Assembly: GCA_035221665.1 (NCBI GenBank)
Contig: CM069136.1
Location: forward strand, 110,484,001-110,548,000
Length of the DNA: 64,000 bases
Direction of reading: 5' to 3'
Origin: Okamejei kenojei
Lineage: Eukaryota
The position numbers and the translations under genes were made by a program. Positions 63,680 to 64,000 of the stretch are shown here, piece by piece. Numbering within the stretch: the first letter of the stretch is position 1; each line of letters begins with the position of its first letter. The notes beneath the pieces were generated by a model. It was given only the letters and a program-made list of their open reading frames with translations, did no database searches and was not told the DNA's origin.

Positions 63680-64000
63680 TGTATTATTGGGTTAGGGAAA
63701 TGTCTATCATATACTCTGTTAATCGATATCTGTTATTGGACTGTATGGATGCCACCCCTATGTGGTTTGGCCCCTCAAGGTTCGGGGACCTATAAAAGAC
63801 TGCTCCCACGATGTCTTGTGTCGATCTTCTGGGAGAACGCTTAGGACTATGTGACCTTCTGGCGTGTCTCTGCTTGAGCGAGGCTAAAGTGTGCTTGATC
63901 ATGCAGATACGAGGATCGAACCTGTGGTGGTTAGGTATAGTAGTGGGAACTGTAATTGTGTTTTGTCAAAATAAAATTTAGATGCGCAAGTGCTTGACTC
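63680..64000 (+). mobile_element. Probable LTR (truncated by the window end)
   Basis: TGT start, TATAAAA at 63791-63797, AATAAA at 63970-63975, CpG-richer than its flank. Confidence 0.45.

Overview
Eukaryotic, AT-rich, repeat-dominated vertebrate DNA with three assembly gaps. It is most likely a cartilaginous fish (skate/ray), inferred from abundant HE1/V-domain tRNA SINEs, Deu-domain SINE remnants and CR1 LINEs. No host protein-coding gene can be supported; the recognisable ORFs are transposon-derived. Main elements: (i) a near-complete Neptune-type Penelope-like element (26224-31591) in partial-tandem form, with a perfect 14-bp target-site duplication (TSD) and a minimal hammerhead-ribozyme motif at each repeat end; (ii) a decayed CsRn1-like Ty3/Gypsy element (54159-58137); (iii) Tx1, CR1, Rex1/Babar and L2 LINE fragments; (iv) Harbinger-type MITEs, including a 2.6-kb composite carrying a minisatellite. 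The most striking theme is catalytic-RNA motifs in small retroelements. A 138-nt TSD-flanked element begins exactly at G1 of an HDV-like ribozyme fold (12825-12962). An RTE-5'UTR-derived element begins at an HDV-like topology (365-763). Many head-to-head palindromes are built from hammerhead-bearing Penelope ends. Family names are from recognition by eye, not database searches, and boundaries without TSD support are approximate.
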